Virus record (IMG/VR): IMGVR_UViG_3300022218_000001
Location: 71,179-108,753 of that record
Direction: 5' to 3' (one strand)
Length of the DNA: 37,575 nucleotides
Source: a virus
Lineage: Duplodnaviria; Heunggongvirae; Uroviricota; Caudoviricetes
A program made the translations under genes and the position numbers. Every line of letters starts with the position of its first letter. Positions within the stretch are counted from its first letter, which is position 1. This document shows, piece after piece, positions 34,736 through 37,575 of the stretch. The notes below the pieces were generated by a model. It had not been told where the DNA came from, did not search any database, and saw nothing but the letters and a program-made list of their open reading frames with translations.

Positions 34736-36561
34736 CGCGACAAGCCCAAGGGAACACAACGCATGACAAAATGTCTGCCCGCCTGGCTCTGGCTGGCGCA
34801 GATGTTTTGGGTCCAATTCTGCGAGGCCTTGGAGGCCGCATAGAAATTGAGATCCAGCGTGGTGAAGTCCTGGAGGATGTCCGCATCTTTAGTCTTGGCT
34901 CAAACGAATTCTCAAAGGAGCTTTTGCCCCTTGGTTCTTTTACGAACTTTGATGATGGCCGGCGTCTTTTCACGGTAGACATTGTCTACGGGATAGACAC
35001 TGATTATGGAGTCACCGGTGCTCCAGCAATCCGGAACTATCTCCAGTGGAAAGTAAAGCGGAAGGTCCCAGCGAACCCAGAAGGCAATCGCTTTGTTGAG
35101 AAGGCCTACTCAAATGATACTGAGGCGCAAAAGAACATATCGGACGCTGAGATGCGGCGTGATCGTAGCTGGTTTGCACCACGGGATTATACGCAGGCTT
35201 TCGTCGGTTCAGCTATTCCGCCAGGCGCAGAAGCGTCCGGGCTTACTTGGAGAGAAGACAACCAGACCCTTTATGTCCTCGGCGACAATCTCCACATGCG
35301 AGTCATGACAAGGGAGGGCGTTGTTGTGCAAGACGACATCAGCCTTGAGGGCCTTGGCATGGCGGACACTGAAGCCTTGGTCTACATGGGCTCCGATCGC
35401 TTCGCAGTGCTGGATGAGGGCGCGTCTGGCATAAGGCCGGTCCGCCTTCATCTTTTTCATCTTAAAAAGGGTGGAGACACTGTGACGCCATCTTTCGTTA
35501 AGACCTACACGCTATCTAAGATTGAAGAATCGCCAGGCGGCTATGGCGCAGAAGGCCTCGCCCATGACCGTATTACAGGCAAGTTCTATGTCGGCACGCA
35601 GCCAACCGGCGACGGAGAAGGCGGGCTGTGGGAGGTGGATATCCATGCAAAGGATACTGACGGAGAGGCGACACAAACGCTCCTTTACCGTTGGTACGAT
35701 TCCCTCATTGAGCCTGGTCATTTAGGCGCTGGTGCGATCCTTGGAGATCTTTATTTCTCTCACGACCTTGGTACAGGGGCGGCCAACCAGAGTCTCCTGT
35801 GCCACTTCAGGACGCCAGACGTTGGTGGTCCAGAGGCTATGCGCCAGGTTATTCAAATTGATAGAGAAACAGGGGTCTTTATTTCGAAGTACCACCACAA
35901 CCTTGGGGGTAAGTGGGAGGGCTTTACCCTTGATTACGATTCTGAAAGCATGTTCTTCGTACGCGAAGGCGGTGGTGCTAACCTTTCGCGTCACGACCAT
36001 ACGCAGTTCGAGGATGTTGAAATCTTCAGACGGCAATTCTTTGTGAAGGAGAGACCGGCTCGAGGCGGCATCTATATCAACAGCCAGGAAGCGCAGCAGG
36101 GCGAGGCTCGTGTCTTTGTTAACCCTTTGGATATAAATCGGTTCTCGAAAGACGCAACCATCGGCATTGGCATCTTACCTATCTTTAGCGACGAGCTATT
36201 TCTTGGGGGAGAATACGAAGGGACACTTGGGAAAAACATCGAGCTAAGACGGTTCATCGCACCCGAGACCCTCTTCGCTGAAAAAGGAAAGAAGCGCCCA
36301 AACCGCTATGCGACAACAGTACGAAACCACGGAGGAGCAAAGACAGTCGAGATATTCACCGACAGTCTCTACACCCCACCGGCTATCCCTGAGATGCTGA
36401 TTGAAGATCTCGGTGGCTACTACTGGCCGAGCCCATCCTTTGGTCTCCACTCTGTAACAGCACGGCTACGCGCCGAATGGGGGTCGCCAAACTATGTGGA
36501 TATCACTGGGTATGTTCGGTTTAAACAATTCAAGTGCCCTGAGCCAGAGGAGGAGGCCTAA
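34732..36561 (+). CDS. Tail-tip-associated protein with SdiA-regulated/YjiK-like beta-propeller
   Basis: AEASGLTW, DTEALVYMG, FAVLDEG, GAEGLAHD and KWEGFT. Homologous to the propeller in 18861-23600. Confidence 0.6.
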   Translation: MTRQAQGNTTHDKMSARLALAGADVLGPILRGLGGRIEIEIQRGEVLEDVRIFSLGSNEFSKELLPLGSFTNFDDGRRLFTVDIVYGIDTDYGVTGAPAIRNYLQWKVKRKVPANPEGNRFVEKAYSNDTEAQKNISDAEMRRDRSWFAPRDYTQAFVGSAIPPGAEASGLTWREDNQTLYVLGDNLHMRVMTREGVVVQDDISLEGLGMADTEALVYMGSDRFAVLDEGASGIRPVRLHLFHLKKGGDTVTPSFVKTYTLSKIEESPGGYGAEGLAHDRITGKFYVGTQPTGDGEGGLWEVDIHAKDTDGEATQTLLYRWYDSLIEPGHLGAGAILGDLYFSHDLGTGAANQSLLCHFRTPDVGGPEAMRQVIQIDRETGVFISKYHHNLGGKWEGFTLDYDSESMFFVREGGGANLSRHDHTQFEDVEIFRRQFFVKERPARGGIYINSQEAQQGEARVFVNPLDINRFSKDATIGIGILPIFSDELFLGGEYEGTLGKNIELRRFIAPETLFAEKGKKRPNRYATTVRNHGGAKTVEIFTDSLYTPPAIPEMLIEDLGGYYWPSPSFGLHSVTARLRAEWGSPNYVDITGYVRFKQFKCPEPEEEA

Positions 36562-36968
36562 TGCCTGATGAGCGCCCCTGGCTAAACCATGGAGGAACGT
36601 CGCAGGACAACCCTATCGTCTTTGGTGCTGCGTTAACGCTCAAGCTGAACAAGCAAGATGCGACAGAGACCCTTCGCAAGGTGTGGGTCAATGTCGGCAA
36701 GGCGGTATTTTTGAACCTGACACCGATGGCTACAGTCGGGGCGTACGACATCACAGTCCCAGTCATTGCTGGCTCGCACCTTCAGGCTGGCTTCCCACCG
36801 GTGAAGAATGTCGTCCATTTCACAACGTCTCAGCACCGACATGCTCGTGCGGTGATCTGGGTTGCAGCCCGTCCGCCAGTAATGATCACCCTGGACGGCT
36901 ATAATGGAGAAGACTCAGACAAGCCGCTCATTTACCCCCTCTTTGATCCAGCACAGGGGGCAATATAG
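36561..36968 (+). CDS. Hypothetical beta-rich structural protein
   Basis: 135 aa, TAATG-coupled. Confidence 0.5.
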   Translation: MPDERPWLNHGGTSQDNPIVFGAALTLKLNKQDATETLRKVWVNVGKAVFLNLTPMATVGAYDITVPVIAGSHLQAGFPPVKNVVHFTTSQHRHARAVIWVAARPPVMITLDGYNGEDSDKPLIYPLFDPAQGAI

Positions 36969-37575
36969 ATGGCAACTGATCAGAAAATTGTCAGTGTCCG
37001 TGCTTCAGTAGCTATTGAGTGGATCGATGGCACTGAGAACGGCAACGCAGATGCTCGAGTCTACTTAGCATCAAGCTGGCCAAACAACAACCTCAAGGCC
37101 GGGCAGACAATTGTCATCTCCGGTACGTCAGACTTCAATGGGACCTTTGAGATTAAGTCTGTCGCATCGCAGAGTGAGTTTGTCATTGTCCATTCCGAGA
37201 ATAACCAAGAGGCGACGACAGACGGAACTGCCGGGGGCGACTACTCAAGCCTTGAGGATGCAGAGTCGAATGAACGCGCAAACCTGGTAACCTCCGATCA
37301 AGATATCATTTTTGAGATCTACAATGATTGGCAGGACGGCCTAACAGAGACGACGCAGATTCGATTCGATACGGCCAATTGGACGACCGATCGTGATCAC
37401 TGGATCATTATTCGCTCACCGGCAACAGATGTTGGCAGGCCTTGGATTGAGCATGACGGCCCAACGCTCCGCATGAATGGGGTGACGTTCCCCATTGGTG
37501 GCGAAGAGCATGGGTTTCTTCATTTTGATGATGATCTCGATTTCTTCCTCCAAGACTTTGAAATTGACGGCGATG
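36969..37575 (+). CDS. Partial ORF (runs off the window end), paralog of the second domain of the giant S/T protein; putative tail fibre/receptor-binding protein
   Basis: Not in the track. My translation is MATDQKIVSVRASVAIEWIDG...NNNLKAGQTIVISGTSDFNG...TAGGDYSSLEDAESNERANL...EIYNDW...FDTANWTTD...GVTFP, open to 37575. Confidence 0.75.
   Translation, partial: MATDQKIVSVRASVAIEWIDGTENGNADARVYLASSWPNNNLKAGQTIVISGTSDFNGTFEIKSVASQSEFVIVHSENNQEATTDGTAGGDYSSLEDAESNERANLVTSDQDIIFEIYNDWQDGLTETTQIRFDTANWTTDRDHWIIIRSPATDVGRPWIEHDGPTLRMNGVTFPIGGEEHGFLHFDDDLDFFLQDFEIDGD

Noticed and set aside
1-37575. tRNA/rRNA genes, integrase, transposase, alternative genetic code
   Set aside because: None was recognised. 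Intergenic gaps are short, and all three stop codons end coherent genes under code 11.

Overview
This is a single-strand (+), tightly coupled ~37.5 kb segment of a tailed dsDNA phage or prophage. It is probably siphovirus-like, because it has a tail tube, a G/GT chaperone and a ~1200-aa tape measure protein, with no sheath gene between the neck and tube genes. No portal, terminase or major capsid gene is in the window, and the host cannot be determined. Bases 64-18398 hold a glycan-synthesis cluster: three GT-B-type glycosyltransferases, one GT-A enzyme with polypeptide-GalNAc-transferase-like motifs, NeuA and NeuB, three Maf/DUF115 (MptE-like) proteins, an NAD-dependent epimerase and seven SAM methyltransferases. 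A few nuclease-like genes are interspersed. Almost immediately downstream lies a 1579-aa protein with ~660 residues of Ser/Thr-rich mucin-like linker, whose folded domains are paralogous to tail genes at the window end. Neck and tail morphogenesis genes follow (23600-37575). Main hypothesis (inference): the phage encodes its own mucin-type O-glycosylation plus nonulosonic-acid capping pathway, which builds a glycan coat on a virion fibre. All family calls come from motif recognition by eye; no database search was run.
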